From assembly GCA_973895155.1 (NCBI GenBank), contig OZ316897.1, forward strand, positions 8,641,832 to 8,705,831: a stretch of 64,000 bases of DNA, in the 5' to 3' direction. Positions 63,050 through 64,000 of this stretch are shown here, one piece after another. The DNA is from Marsupella aquatica (lineage: Eukaryota; Plantae; Marchantiophyta). Within the stretch, counting starts at the first letter, position 1, and each line of letters opens with the position of its first letter. The notes beneath the pieces were generated by a model. It worked only from the letters and a program-made list of their open reading frames with translations, did no database searches and had not been told where the DNA came from. A program made the position numbers and the translations under genes.

Positions 63050-64000
63050 TTACAATGTGATGATTTTTAAAACAGACCTACTCCAAAGAAACAGTGAAAT
63101 CGTTGGCCTTACTTCCAAGGCAAGTTTGTTTTCGAGGAGAGGAAGGCTCAATATTCCACTCGTATTGTTGTTGAGGTACGAGAAATACACATATTTTGGA
63201 ACCTAAGAATACAGATGTGACTGCAGGATAATTTGTGAAAGCGAAGGACGATGGAAAACGATGTTGGTAAACAAAGTACCACTAATTTGTTCTCATGCAT
63301 TCATACCTTCACATGGTATACTGGCTCTCAGATGGTGAACTTGCGAAATGATATGTACAATGGACCTCCCCTTGCGATCAACCTAGTAAAGTCACTATTG
63401 CCGGATCGCCCTTCTCCAGATCGTCTGGCATCTTCAAGGCGGGAATTCTCTCCTCCAGTGATTGCTCTGCATAAGTTACCCAAAGGAAGGAAGTAAATAA
63501 AATCTCTGTCTCCTCATACAGTTCTAAGTATGCTTATTATGTATGACCAGAAAGGCAGAAGGTCAAATATTTTCTGGTTTCCTTTCTCTTGGAGTTGAAA
63601 ACAAATTACCAAAGATGATGGAGAGAAAGCATTTAAGGGCAATGTTAACACCTGAAAAACGATTTCCGAGCACTGGCAGCTGAGTTTGTAGACTAGACGC
63701 CTTTTCCTGGGAATTGCTAGCCTTCAGAATTGAATCTTTCAGCAGATAGGCCGATCTCATAGCCTCTGGTACACCAACACAGATTTTACACATTATTCAG
63801 TTGCAGCCCATTTGCAGAATAGATTGTGACAGAACCTAATCGCAATTGGAAACACACACTCCCTCCATTCAACGCTATTATGGCCGTATAATATCTAGTG
63901 GAAAAAGAAAAAATGATCAGGAAAATTGCATGTTGGGCAGGGTTTCAGAAAACTGGCGCTCGAGAACGTCGCCAGTAGGATATCGAGAAGCAGATCCTTG
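63050..64000. other. Gene-like exon/intron sequence at the window edge; strand unresolved
   Basis: Splice-site-like motifs and short open frames on both strands (e.g. minus EAMRSAYLLKDS...|EQSLEERIPALKMPDD). No recognisable family. Confidence 0.2.

Overview
This is intron-containing land-plant nuclear DNA, most likely a liverwort: a mitochondrial cox3 insert stops matching exactly at the liverwort intron position cox3i171. Four protein-coding genes are well supported: a subfamily-X-type bHLH transcription factor (+, 11514-14015), EAF6/MEAF6 (-, 31777-34990), the Tim17-family B14.7/OEP16-3 protein (+, 38289-38789) and starch synthase III (-, 41830-51047, 15 coding exons). A Pol III tRNA-Asp(GTC) lies at 21776-21847. 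The intergenic blocks (1-8.6 kb, 22-30 kb, 35.4-37.3 kb, 51.6-63 kb) are filled with decayed transposon-like sequence, MITE-like inverted repeats, minisatellites and stop-eroded ORFs. The most notable observations are: (1) the cox3 NUMT, which keeps ACG at two Met positions and runs into probable group II intron sequence; (2) a tandem duplication of the SS3 leader and start codon that creates a uORF able to splice in frame onto SS3; (3) two candidate orphan small-exon genes (17.8-20.7 kb and 39.7-41 kb); (4) an intact orphan ORF with three LE(R/K)GW motifs. I found no CRISPR or prokaryotic system and no demonstrably new multi-gene system. All calls were made by eye, without database searches.
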